DNA of 64,000 nt from Mytilus trossulus (lineage: Eukaryota): positions 93,310,001-93,374,000 of the forward strand of contig NC_086375.1 in assembly GCF_036588685.1 (NCBI RefSeq), given 5' to 3'. How positions within the stretch are numbered: the stretch's first letter is position 1; each line of letters starts with the position of its first letter. Both the position numbers and the translations under genes were made by a program. Shown here piece after piece: positions 27,001 through 42,000 of this stretch. Below the pieces are notes generated by a model. It was not told the DNA's origin, ran no database searches, and saw only the letters and a list, made by a program, of their open reading frames with translations.

Positions 27001-30000
27001 AATGGTCATTTGTTAATCGAATAATATCTGTTTGATTAATATATCTTTAAATACCTCTATTATACCAGACTGTGCTGCTTTAGGGAATTTAGCTGAGAGT
27101 ACAATTATTCCTGATTCTGGGATCTGTTCCAAACGTGTCCACAATACTTTACTGTCTGTGTTTATTGGTGGTGGAAATGACGGAATAGGCCTAATCTGAT
27201 CACCACGAGATCCAGGCGCCCCTTGCGGCCCAGGCTGTGGTTTCTGTTTACCAGGCACTGTATACGTTACCGTGATGTTTACAAATCCCAATGGTGGTTT
27301 TAATGGACTGTCGTCTCTCTGTGTGGCTCTTAACTAAAATGTACCATTGACATACAAAGATAAAGACGAACACTTAAACATTTTAAGGTAAAATACATAC
27401 ATTTAACATTGAAAACACCCTTATTGAGAAGTACCAGTCACTCAAATAACAATGACAAGTAAGGATTTGTAGGATGACTATCACTATGACAACTGTCTGC
27501 TAGTGACCGAATTGTGCGGATGTAAGTATCTTTAGGTCAGCTACAAGTCATTTTATTTTATCAAATATTGACGTATTTAGTGAGTAATGTTTTAGAATGA
27601 ATTTCTTGTATCATCACTCTTTCACGGAAATCCTTTAAGAACACCGCCAATTTTTGAATGAGGAAACTACTGAACAATAGTACCCAGAAAGTGTCCAAAA
27701 GCTGAACCAAATTTGCAGCGCAAATTGTTTTTCATGCCGTCAATATTTTAATAGTTTTCAATTATATTCACAAATATTAAATATAAATATATGTGCAAAC
27801 TTTATCAACCAAAGTCTACAAACTAAATGATATTCGAAAGTCGAAAACAAATCGACATGACTATATACTATAGACTGAGTAACACCACATTCTGAATTTT
27901 TAGTGACTTTCCCGTTCAACGTCTTTAATGTATACGATACAGTTTTGATCCCATAATTAAAATTTACTAATAGCTTATTTTTTATCTGTTAAAATTACAT
28001 TTAATATAAAAAAAAATATACCATCATGAGCTACTTTTGGGTAAAATGAGACATACATTTCAGATATTTGCTCAAAATTAAATAGACACAAGTCTAAATC
28101 AAATTTTTTTTAAAAACCGCAATATTCACTTTTTCATGAAAATTGCAAAATAATCTTGATACGTAATCCAACCGAATGTTATTTTAAAAAAGAGGATATA
28201 TGAACTCGTTTAAAAGTAAAATCAAATTGAAAGATAAAACAGTCGAAAAAATACATCCTTTCCCGATAGTCACAGTTTGACGTTAGCAACGTTATTATTT
28301 CCCCTGTAATTTATCGTATGCTCTTTCTCAAGCTTTCAAGATGTAACGTTACAATAAGATACTTCGTTTTTTTAACATTAGCGATCAATTAACATTACAC
28401 TATTGTTAATTTTGTCTTCTCATACTTCGACATATACATGTTGTTAGCGTCACCTTCAAAACATGCATCATCCGCAGTGCAACACTTCAATGAAAACAAA
28501 CGTCACAGTTACGAAAAGGATAAAGACCACGAAAAAATGCCACTAGTGAGGTCGACGATCTACACATCGTATTGGTCAATAAATTCGTATAAGTGACTTT
28601 TAATATCTACTCACTATTATTGTATAGTCCAATCCAGGTTTGAAATTGCTAGACATACTTGAGGAAAACGTAAGTTTTTCTGGTGTGTCATAGATTTGGA
28701 CATTTCCTGTATCATTTGCTGAGATGCCTGTAATTGATTCTGTTACTTTAGCTATAACTTCTATGTAAGTTCCCAGTTTCGGTACAATTTCACTCATCAA
28801 AACTCGGATTGTAGCTTTTCCATTTATCTACATTATATAATAAAAAAAATCAACAGTAGAATGTCTACGATTAATTATCTTACGAAAGACTGTCTATTAG
28901 CATCCTTATGTAATTAGCACTCTGAAAAGACTTAAAGGCAGGATCTTGTCTATTTACATCATTATTGAATTTGCACTCTGAAAAGACTTAAAGGCATATT
29001 ACTGTCTATTAGCCTCGTTATAGAATGGCCACTCTGAAAAGACTTAAAAGCATGATACTGTCTATTAGCCTCATTATATAATGGGCATTCTGAAAAGGCT
29101 GAAAAGCATGATATGGTAGCTCTAAAATACCTGTTTATGCAAAACAATAAATAAATTATGCAAATCAATTATGCTTGTTATCAATTCTAATTGTAGGATT
29201 CACTTTTGTATTATTTGTACAGACTAATAACAATAACAGTCTATGTTTGAACTTGAACATTGTATGTCTATGTATTAGGCCGTGTTCACATTGACCTAAA
29301 TTCGGTGTTGTGTTAGTGTAACTCACACGTAAACTAAACACAATTGCGTTCCCATTGATAAAACTCAATGTTTACATGTAGTTTAAATCATGTTTTACCT
29401 ACACACAGTCGATAGTCGATGTAGGCCTTGTGTAGGTTAGGTGACACAAAACCAGGCATTTAGGACATTAGTTTTATCGTGTATTTTAAGGGAGCTTACT
29501 TAAGGATGTAGGAATATAAGGCACATCAAAAGTGCATGTTCTTTAGTGTTTGTGAATTGAAACTGGAAAATGGTTGTTTTATAGGTCTTGAAACTCCGTA
29601 AATATATGCATGCAAGACAATGATATCAATCCCAAATTGATAATCATAATTTTGTTAAACTAAAATCTCAATCATGCACTGTGGTTTAAAACTTTAAAAT
29701 AACTTTCTCCAAATATCTTGGATTTCTATCAAACTTTGACAGAAGCTAAATGTTTATGATCATAAGATAATACCCGAAAGTAAAGATTGTAAAAAAAATC
29801 CATTTTTCCCTATATTACATTTGTACTTATAAACATGATAAATGGACTAGTTTTTTTCCCAGTTAACATTACATACACTCTGCAGTTAAAGTTTTTAAAA
29901 CATTAGATTTTATAAACCATCCTGGATTTTTACCCAATTTTGACAGAAGCTTCTTATAGTACTAGTCAAAGGATAGTATCTAGAGGAGAATTTTAATATT

Positions 30001-33000
30001 TTTTCCTCAGTTTTGTTGAGCCTGCGATTAACAGCAAAAGTAGGCGAGGCTATTTGTTCTGCAAAACCCTTACAATTTTAATAGCTTAATACACCAATAA
30101 CCCATCTTCTGTTAGGGGTTGAATTGAAGGTCACATGAACACATATTCAATGAGGTCCAAATATTCACCTGCAAATGCACAACTCATCAACCTTGTTTCT
30201 CAGCTAATTTAACAAAATAGAACTAGATTGGCTACTAACAGTGAATTATAATTCCACTATTTTATTTTTATTAATGATTTAACAAACAAAATTTTTTTTT
30301 TTTTTTTTTTTATATATCGAAGCTAATGCACATAACAGTTCATTCCAGTTCTTAACCCTTCACAACGTTATCTGATCTTTATATTAAGGTAATAAGTCTA
30401 AATATTCTTCAAACTCGAAGTTTTTTTGAAAAAAAGTTAAAACATAATGCTTTGGGAGAATTTTCCATTTCTGATTTCCATGTCTGCTGAGATTGGTCAA
30501 AAATTATCTGTATAATGCTCAACTTTAACCATTTTGGATTAAAACTAAAGTTACTCTGATTTAACCAAATACTTGAAAGTCCATATTTATTCAAGATATT
30601 TTGAATACAAATTAACCATTCAATATTTTAAAAGTACTAACTGATCTTCTAGTTAGTATTACCATAACTTTTGATCATCTGACCATAATACAACATTGTT
30701 TTAGCAGTCAGTAAATAGGTGTAAAAACTCATTTTAAAATTAGTAATTACTGGTAATAACTGGGCCGTTTCAGGAATTACTTGTATTTACTAAGTGCACC
30801 GGGAATTACCTGTAATTCCTAAATTTTAGTAATTACATGTAATTCCTAATTTCACCTATTTACTGTAACATATATATTTAAGGGGGAAACTATTTTTGAG
30901 TAAAATTGAAATTTTTGATAATTATTATTTGTCTAAATTTTACAGATTTTTTTTTGTTAAAAAAAATTAACGTACTTTATTAACCCCTAATCAAGACTCA
31001 AAGCAGCATCATTGCCGAACCCGTAAGGCAGCAACCAATTGATTTTCGGGGGGGGGGGGGCAAGGGGGTGGGTGTTGAGCTATGGATTTTGTTTTGGAAA
31101 CAAAAAATGTTTCCAGTTTTTGGCCCTGAAAAAGAAATTGTTTGTTTCACCCTCAGCTGCCACAATATATAATGCTAAAATTGATTTCGACTTGTCACAA
31201 AAATTTGTCCTGAAAAAAATCAATAGCTCACATCCCCCTCCCCCTCCACAAAAAATGAAGTAAATAGTTGCTGCCTAATTCATTTGAAAAGGTCTTCCCG
31301 AATCGACTTCACGTACACAGAAATATTCGCCACTGGTCTTTACTCAAAAAACGATTCACGCATAAATGCACGACTTAAAAAAGATTGAGGTAATTTATAT
31401 GTTTGTCTTGTATCTCAGATCCGTTAAATAACACGCGTACGTAAAATAAATTAAAAAAAACATTACCCTATTCCTTTACCAAATACTCCTTGGAGAAGAA
31501 ATACCATTTGAAACGAACAGAAAAGATAAAAATGTAGTGATCCCTAATATATCAATCCTTTAATTCCGGCTGTAAGCACGCTGTTGCAGCTAACGTTTTC
31601 TAATGCAGTATCTAGACATCTCTAGTATATTCAAATTACTGCAAATTATAAAAATGGCTTTCATAAAGTAGCAACCACGTAACTTAAAAAAAGGGGGAGG
31701 GTTATTTTTTATCTGAGTCAGATTTTTTTTCGCGCGTACGTTTTTATTCCTTTTTTTTCGATGCTGGTGATCAAATACTTTTTTTTCTAATATTTAACAC
31801 TATAATGTATGGGGAAACTCTGGATTCAGAATACTTTTTTTATCATCTGTATGACCATTTTTTTTTTTTTATCAAATTGAGGATCGGAATATTTCCACTA
31901 CCCATCCCCCTTTTGAAGTCAAATGGTTGTTCCGTGAGCGCTAGAAAAAATTTCCAAATAATGATGACTCGACAGAAACTGTGCTTACAGTACATATGAA
32001 CATATGTTCATCAACATTACTGTCTGAGAGCTTCTATCATATTGTTTCTCATATATATACCTTGAATTTCTTTACAATCTGATCTTTAGTATTTCGTCCC
32101 CATCGACGTTTGATAGTCAATTCTGCATCACCTTGAACTGGCTTCCCAAAAGTGTACCTGAATATCATTTATATGAGATAGAATTACTGATATATTTCAT
32201 ATAATTCATTCAGTTTTGAAGAAGATTAAGCAATTGGTTTGATATTTCTTACACAATCAAGGGGTGAAATTGTTGTTACAAAACACTTATATGTGTGAAA
32301 TGGTCCTTGTTTGTTCAGCACAGCACAGTTATCTGGAATAGTCTTTAACAGATTCGTTTTATCAGGATGATAAAACGAAAGATTGCGACGTTCGTCAAAT
32401 CAATAATGACTTTCAAAGATCACATTTTTCAGGGAAATAAGACTTGCGAGTTTTCAATGCTATACTAAACACTCAAATTTCTTCACAAAATGCCTATACA
32501 ATTTCAGGAATATGACAGTGATTTTTATTAATTCCTCTGATTTATCAAGTGATATGTTTGATTTTGCCATTTTTAATGGCTTCCTTTTTATTTAATTTAC
32601 CTAGATTTTTTGGTTAAAATGTGGGGTTTTTTTAAATATTGCACCTGAAATGTTCTTTTTTCGTCAAATTTGATACCATTTAAATACCTTGTGAACAACT
32701 GATGATAGCTTGATTATGGGTTTTAACATAATAATCATCATATTATAAGATCGGTATTTGGAAGAACAATATTTCTCGAAGACGTTTACAGTAATTGAAC
32801 CAACGCTAAACAAATATGCAACTATAGATATCAACATATTATATGAGCATGATCATGATGATGTAACCTTGCCTAATGATCGTTTATTTGTATGACCCCG
32901 CAAAGAAGTTACAATGTATATACGGCGTTTTTTCTCAATTATATGCTTTGTCGTCTATAATCTGAAAAAGTCAGCATACTCACAGTGCGTTAATAGTTAC

Positions 33001-36000
33001 TTTGAAAAATCTGTCTGTTTTCAGTTCAAATTGAGGCAATACAACGTTCACTTCAAATTTAGGTAGAACTACATAAAAAACATAAGATATTAGTTCTACA
33101 TTTGTATTAATAAAAACATAAGTGCAAGTAAAACAAAAAGTTTCAATATGTATATATATGTTGACAGACAATTAACGAATCGACAGTAATTTGTATATTC
33201 TGTTTTATTGTTGAATGCTTTATACGTTATACATTCTCTATTATAATATTTTACCATCTAACAATAGATATAGACAATATAACTGATTTCTATCGCACAA
33301 CAGGTGTTATACGTGATATATCATAATGGAATTGTTCAAGGACCCTTGATGAGCACTACTAACTAGATAGACAAAGAGCCTGCCAGGTAAATTAAATACA
33401 GAATTTCTAAACATTAATCATATTATATGTGCCATGGATTGTATTTCTATCATTTCAGAATGTTTCTAGTATATTATCTCCAAATATTCACCAACCTGTT
33501 CCACTGTTTTACGAACACGTAAGAAATACTCACCAAACCGTTCCACCTCAAAATACTTAGTGCTCTTTTCTCTCTAAAAACAAATTAAAAGCCATTCGTA
33601 TTTCAAGACTATCAAAATAAGTAGAAACCGGCATCAAATAAATATATTTTGAAATTATTATCAAATTTAAAAAATTGTCACAAATTTTTTTCAAAATATA
33701 GTGCTGTGCGGCATATTTTCAACGTTCCTAAGCCCTGAACCTCCCACAATTTAAACTAAAACTGATTTTCTGAACAACTTATACCTTAAAGGAAGGGTTA
33801 CCACAGATTTCAATATACACAATGACCACATGTATATTTACTGGTATCATTCCCAAGTTTTTTTCTGTACATGTGAGATGGAACACAGAGAGTATAACTG
33901 GGAACCAGTATGTAAACAAAATTAATTTTCTATGAATATTCTGGATCTCCCCAAAAGAGGCGTGGTTTGAGAAACAGCTGTATTTACAAAGTTCACCCTT
34001 ATATAGTTCCAGGTAGCATTTGTATTTAATGGATTTGACCCTCGCTTGACATAACAAAATACTATTAGTCATTAGGACGTAAACATTGTTATTAGTCACT
34101 ACTCCGAGATCGACACAAACTTGATTGATATCAAACCTTTCTAACATAATACGACTAAAACATTTCTGTTCAAGTCAAATCACGACAAGCGATTCGGGCG
34201 CATGAAATCTATAAAATGGCGAAGAGGGACAACAGACGAAACCTTATTCAGTAGGATATATTCCCCCTTAAGACAAGCCTGATGAAACAAAGCAGTACCA
34301 ACTCTTCCCATTTGTGTTTTAGTTCGAAATGAAGAATACCCTCACGACACTTTGGTAAGTGTCGTGAGGGTATAAGTTGAATTTCTAATTGAATGGTAAA
34401 AATCAGTTAGTGTAATGAGCTTTTACTCAATTTTTTGGGCTTTATCTGCGAGGAAAACAACATATTTGTCATGGAAGTAGGATAAGTGGATCTTTTTAGA
34501 TTGATGTAGCATGGGCATTGATAGACCATTCAATTTATTAATTATTATTTGAATCAACGACCTCACAGACTTATTTCATAAAAATGTTAAAGGATCACAA
34601 TATTTCGGACCTTAAGATATCATATTTAGCAGGGGAGTGTTATTTGCGATTTCACACAAATGTTGAATGATCACAATATTTCGGACCTTAAGATATCATA
34701 TTTCGCATGGGAGTGTAATGACGATTTCATAAAAATGTTGAATGATCACAATATTTCTCTCCTTAAGATATCATATTTCGCAGGGTAGTGTTATTGACAA
34801 TTTCGAGTTCACCGCTTATAACGTGGCCAGCTGGATTATATGTAACTTCGGAATTAGCACAAGTACAACCTGGAGGTTAAAACTTGAAGTCGTCAATTTT
34901 AAGATCCTGGAAAGCGTGTTTGTAATTGTAAAATGTTTGGTATAGGTGTAATAGATGAAAATGGAGGTATTGTCGATTGAACTAATTTATGATGAAGGAT
35001 ATTGTCTAAGTTGACGCCATCGAAACTGTTGTTAGCAATGGAAATATTACGAAAAGATCTTTTCTCTTTTTCATCTTTTCTAATGTCTGGTTTGAAAGGT
35101 CTGTGACTTGCAATATCCGAAATTATAGCTGAAAGTTTGTATTGGTTTGAATGAGGGTTTGTAACAGTGGCTTTCAAACTTAAAGTTAACAGAGAATGAA
35201 GTTTTGAAAGGGTAATGAACAAAGTTGTTTGCACATTTGATGAATACATAACGGCTTTTGTAGAAATGGCAGCAAGACATTAATAGAGACAGCATGCAGT
35301 ATATGTGATGTATAATGACGATGACCTTGACTGCGTCTACGTCGAGGAGTAGAGGTGAAAATATTCATCACATTCACCGAGCTACACGAAGGACTAGATA
35401 GAATACCTATACCATCAATTTTGTCATTGCAACCATTATCTACGGAGAGGCGTTGCAATGTGAGGACTACTAGTGCTGTGGTATATTTTTCGATAATGCG
35501 AACTGCCATAGAAACGTTTGAATTATGAGGCTGATAAAAATGCTTTCAAGATATGTCGTTTGCATTGAGATTAATGTCTGATCTATGACCGTACATACGT
35601 TTCTTTAGCCTTCCTTTCGTTTCATTAGCGTATAGCACTCCGCGGATGTTGCACTCTAATCCGTAGACGACATTTATCGATTTACAATTCAGATCTTTTT
35701 CAGGAGTTTTGCATCCTTTGGTCTCACATTTCGAAATGCGACAGCGTTAAGAGTCATCAAAATCCAAAATGTATTTAAGGAGAACTGAACATGGCTGTAT
35801 ATGTGTCATATTGCAGTCACTAGTCACTAGTTTGACGGTTTGAATGAGTAATGTTTCAGATGTGTGTCATGTATGGTGATGAGGGGATACCTTCCGTATT
35901 GGGCATATATTACCTCAAATGTATTTGGCACAACTTTTGGAATTTTGCTCTTCAACTTTGTCGTGTTTGGCTTTATAACTTTTTTAATATGAGCATCACT

Positions 36001-39000
36001 GATGAGTCTAATGAAGACGAAACGCATGTCTGACGTACTACAATATAATACTGGTACCTGTGATAACTGGTTATATACCCTCGATACTGATGCTTGTCAT
36101 TCCTTTTTTTTAATGTGTCTTAATATTAACTCTTTATTATTATAACATAAATAATGTTTAAGAGTTTTTCACAATTTCATCATTTCAGCAATAACTTGAT
36201 AAGGTCTAAAACTGTTTATACCCCCCTGTCAGTGTACAATGAATTTTGTAGCGCAAAACTTTTTATATTATAGCATCCCAGTTATAAATCTTCGTTAAGG
36301 AAATGTTATTTTGGGAGTTGAAATTCCGCTCCAAAACAAATATTGATAAAAAATGAAAATTTTTATTTCCTGTGTATATTACTGTTAGTCTTAAAGTCAT
36401 GATAATATACAGTTGAACGGCAAACGATTTAATGGCTTCTAAGTTCAAGACATTGGTCACGTGATAAAAGGTCAGAGTTTACGATTTTTTTGAAAACGTG
36501 CATGCCTCGTGGTTTTTGGACTCGTATCGTCTTATTTGAACTCGTACATTAATAAAAACCAAAGTGTTCAATTCTAGATTGAATAAGCTTTCTTATTTTA
36601 TATAATTATAATAAAAAAGTATTGTTAAAATGTTACAAATTCACGAGTGAAGTGAAACTTTTTTTTCTGAAAATTTGCATAGGTCCACGGAAAATCCGTA
36701 ATAAATCCTTAAATAGGTTTGGTAACGTGTTGAGGGGTATAAAATATGAAGTAAAACCATTTTTTGCTCCTACTATTTCAATATCAGATCACAAAAACCC
36801 CGGATACGCAATTGTGTCAGTTTATTCGTGGCGAAGCGGAGATCAAAGGGAGATAACTCGGTACGCGCATCGTATGATATTGCAAGTTCACAACAGTAAA
36901 TTTGAGTAAAATTAATGATTGCAGATCTATTTCGACGAGTTCTTGAATACCTTTCAATATTCTATGTTCCTCTACTGTTGTAACATTAAAATAGCCATGG
37001 AAAGGTTGAATATGACATTTTTTTTCAAGTTCTTACAGGTTTTTGAACACTTCCATAGAAGACAATTACCTACATTTTATAACAGACTGACTTTTTCTTG
37101 ACAAAATACTTGAACTTATTGTATATATATATTCTCAAACACCCTTTTGGTAGATAGAAGGATACAAGATGGGTTTATCAGTCATTTGTCAGAAGAATCT
37201 GTGTTACAATAGATGCAGAAGCAGAAGATTACATTTAAACAAAAATATGGAAAAAGGGAAATAGTCTTCAAAATTGTGAGCATTTAATACCATAGATTGA
37301 AAATAAAATCAATCTGCAGTGGCCAGAAGTACATGTACAATTTTTGTTTTATTATAGCTGCTTTAAGATACAGTTGCAGATCTCAGGGAGTCTGGTGATT
37401 GGAACCTCATCTTTATGGAAGATTAATGTATTTGAATGGGATCATGCATATAGTTGGAACCACCTTTTTATCCTTGTTATTATGGTTGAGAATACCACCA
37501 CTTATGTTTTAAATTTTCTGGATTCACCCTGAGATAAGAAACTACATAAGTTGTACAAGTTCTGTTGCTTGTCTTAATCTGACAAGAGAAAAAAATCTGA
37601 ACATTCAAATCAAATTCAAAGACCCAGAAAGGGATTTAAAACACAATAATCAACACAAAGATAACTGAACAAAAGCAGCATTGCAATCTGCTATCCTGCA
37701 GTTATCATGAATCCTATTATATTTAATATTTGAAGTTTTGCTTTATATTTTTTCTTCTTTCTTATATTTGAATTCAAAAGTCCTGCAACCAACTAACCAA
37801 CTGTAAGTCCTTTCAATTAAATTATTGATTGGATGATAACCTAAGCTGGCCAGTAAATAAAATTTGAAAATGCTTTGATGAAATGAAATAGTGGTATGAT
37901 GTCATTAGATATACTGAATGACTTTAAATTTAATCCAAGTTCACATTTACCTGCTCTAAAATGCAGTCAATTGGACTACAAAAACCTGAGACTATACTTC
38001 AATGTATAACATAGAGATTGTGGTCACCTCCCATTTAATAGTAGTCTCAGACAAAAACAAAACTGACTTAAAAACAGTATGTTTAGAATTTTATTGAAAA
38101 AGGACAACAATGGGAAATTTATTATTCTGATATATCAGAAATAATCTCATAGTATCAAAGCAGAATGTCAGTTCTTTAAATTGAGATAACCAGTTTAATC
38201 ACATTATTTATTTTTATAAAAAAAACTCATATTATCTGGATTTACAATCATTGACTGAGCTTGTCATCAACTCGCTGAATTTAAATGATTTTAAAAGTTA
38301 ACCTGTCAATACTAAAATAAAGAAATGTGGTTAAGACAAGATACTTTATTCCAATTAAACACTGTTATAGGGCATATGAAGAGCAAAGTAATGTACATGT
38401 ATTACAATGATTTATATATATGTATATATAATGGAACAATTATGTTGATATTAATCAGATAAATATGAAGATAACCAACTTCATTCTTAGATTTTTAACC
38501 ACAGCCAGTGCAGAGCCACACATGTATTTGAAAAGGCATATAACAATTATATCTTCAATTAACTGGCAAATATTCCCAAAGGCCCAATTAAAACAATATC
38601 TGTACTCTATATATTGATAGTTTTCTGAGTTCAAACCATTTATTTTAAATTGCAACACTTTTCAATGCCTCTAGGTTTTCTTGAATGAAAAGCCAATAAG
38701 ATTTGGCCCTTGTGCTGAACTTTTCAAATTTTTTACAACTTGTTATTATATTATTATTAAATTCTTTTCTTAAAAAATTTAACTTATAAATGGGAAACTG
38801 ACATTTATGATATAGTTGCCAATGAGATAGCAGTCTGGACACTTATTATCAGAGTCCAAGTCTCTTTTAGCAGTGACAGTTAAATTACAAGTCACTTTAC
38901 ATACATCAACAATCAATACATTCCATTGTTTTAAGGCAAATGAGTAAAATAAGAGTAACAATAGCTTTTGCCTTACTACATGCACAAGAGAATATTAGAA

Positions 39001-42000
39001 ATTAAAATATAAATAAGTAAATATCAGAGGCAAAAAAGACAGGACTTAGCCACTGGACTCTTAGTAAAGTATGACTTATCCTTAGGGGAGTTGATGTATA
39101 CTAGAAAAAATGATGTTGATGATTTGACCCCATCAATCAGCATTTTAGCATTACATTATTGTCAATTGCTATCTGCTCTATTTGTTCCAACCTGTTATGA
39201 GAGTCAAAACGTATACCTAGGGTGGGAATTAAACCCATGTACGTTCTTTTACTTTATTGTTCTTTGTGTACATAAAATGTACATGTACATGAAATATATC
39301 AAATGCAAAAAAAAATGCTGTAATGTATCATTACACTCTCATTAGTTAAGGACAAAGAAAAGGAAGTCCCTGCGCCTACCTAGACGTATTTCTTGCACAG
39401 GCACTTGTTTCTATCCATTGGAAGAACCACTATAAACGTATATATATACGTTGATAGTGGTTCTTCCAATGGATAGAAACAAGTGCCTGTGATTTCTTGA
39501 GTAAGATTTATTATATTACTCTTGAAAGTATAACACGATAAAGGTTATTGGTAAGTATATAGTAACATCAACGTGTATTTCAGGTAAACAAACTGTCAAA
39601 CATAAACAATCTACCACGTGTTTGTCTGCTGTGCTTGAATTCAAAACGACCCATCAGGCTTATTTACACGAATTGTTGCTCAATCAGACAGTTAAATATG
39701 TCCGTTTACCTTATGGGGTCTGTTAAGAATGGATTTGCTGTTATAAATTGTGTATGCATGGAAATATAAGGAAGATAACATTGATTTTTACCGTAACTTT
39801 TGAATACACAACATTCCCAAGGTATCCCCACAAAACACATGGCTACTTTGTAACGACGGCTGGTAACGTGTAGCCACTTTCTAACGGCAAATGTAATTGG
39901 ATGATATTTAAAGATCAATAATAAAATTGCTAATAAATGATTGGATACGAAATTGTGTCAGATTATAAATAGGTGAAAAATTGTAAACATTGAAATCCGC
40001 CATCTTGACGTAGGAAACAAACTAATTATCAGTCTTGGATTAAAGGACATTGCGCACATTGCCAGCGTATCATGCATAAACAGTCATCTGCAAATATATC
40101 TTTTAATTTGTGTTTTACAATTACTTTTCTATGTTTTAGTTAATTTAATGTTTTAATTTACTACAGAATGGGACATCGTTCTCAAAGATGCCGTAGAAAA
40201 AATTATAGGTGGCGCTGTTTGTGGGCGTAAACATTTTACATACGGGTTCTTTTTTTGTCGACAAATTGACCTCTATCTGTCAGATTCAGGCGTTTGCCTT
40301 CCAACTGATATATTTTCCTGAACGATGTTTGAATCTAAAGTCCTTAAGACAAATCTGATCAATATTGAGATTTGATCATCGGAAGATGTTAAGAAAAAAA
40401 ATAAACCTTTTGCTCCACTCTGATTGTCCAGCTTCCCAGATTTGTCAATGTAGATAATTGGAATGTCCCGGCAAATACACCAAACGATGGACGAACATTC
40501 AGAAATTGTTTTACTCTATTTCTTTTGGGATCCTGAAAGAAATATTTGCACTGGTAATAAGCTTTGTGTTCTTAAATTTAAGAAACTGAACGTTAAAAAT
40601 GTTTGACTTTTCACTGAATAAATGACAATTGATTATATATGTACATGGATTATATATTGGAACATGTTGTTTTCATTGTAATCGCACAGAGTCAATACCT
40701 TAGCTGATGTACTATCAGTCCTAGGCCTTGCGGTCATAAAACTTTTGAGTTAGTTTTTTGGTACTCGTACTCGAAAATCAACAAATCAAAATGCTGGATT
40801 TCTGGTTTCCAGGATGATTTTTGTGCTTTGAGCACTGAGCAAAGTTGTATGACTTCAACCCCAGGTGGTTACATCAGATCAGTACTCAGTACATTGGTAC
40901 TATTATGATAATTTTGACTTAAACATGAACGTTACTATTTATATCGACATCATTTAATTTTTTCTTATACATGTGGGTATATTTTGTATTACGTCCGTTA
41001 AGTTTAGTCGATTCTTCCTCTCTCCCATTATCAATATTGATTTTCTATTCTCTCTGTCGGTTTCATATAAACGACTTTTTGTTTTACATTTCAGCGATGT
41101 TATCATCGGAGTCCTATTAATTTTGCTTCTCAAGTTAAATACAATCTATAAAGAAGTTTATCTTAATGACATATTCATAGATATGACATGTATTGTCGAA
41201 ATGCGCATCTGGTGCAGTAGTATTGGTACCGTTAATGTTATAAACTTACTTGTATATAAATTGTCAAAGGAGCTGTGAGAACTTTTAATCTTGTATTAAT
41301 ACCAAAAACTCTAAACTGAACTGTTGAAGAATAAATACAGTTTATATATAACACAGAATGCTTCATATGTTAACATTTCTATTACAAAACCAAATATCAT
41401 CATGATTTCAATGTCCTCACTATAGGAGCTCTAACTATTAAACCGATCTACGTGCCTAAAATTCATTTTCTACAAACATATAAAGTTGTTAAAGAATGCT
41501 ATTTAGTTAAGCCTCATTATTACATTTTTTTTTAGATAGATACACGATTAATTTTAAATCAGGATTTGATTCTGTCAATCAATGTATACCCTTGAACATG
41601 AGTGCACTGCTGTTGTTTTTATTTTCTATAAATGCACATAGCACACTGAATGCATCTCAGCGACCGCTAAACAGACTTTGTATTTGCTGTCAAATGGATA
41701 TTGAAATGCAGATATTTTAGCTTTTTCCTTTGAAGCAGCTGATTTTTAAAATTGATTCCTAACATAAAATTTGATTCAAATGAATATGTCAGTATTTGAA
41801 TTTCTTCAGTAAATATTCTTATTTACAGGTGACATTTCTTTTTACTATGAGATCACCCTAAGTTTTTGGTGGGGTTCGCGTTGTTTATTCTTAAGTTTTC
41901 TATGTTGTGTCGTGTGTACTATTGTTTGTCTGTTTGTCCTTTTCATTTTTAGACATGGCGTTGTCAGTTCATTTTCGATTTATGAGTGTGACTGTCCCTC

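Noticed and set aside
36620-39390. Exon-like patches in intron 6 as a possible nested gene
   Set aside because: Multiple stops in the frames I checked and no recognisable protein motif; probably old repeat debris.
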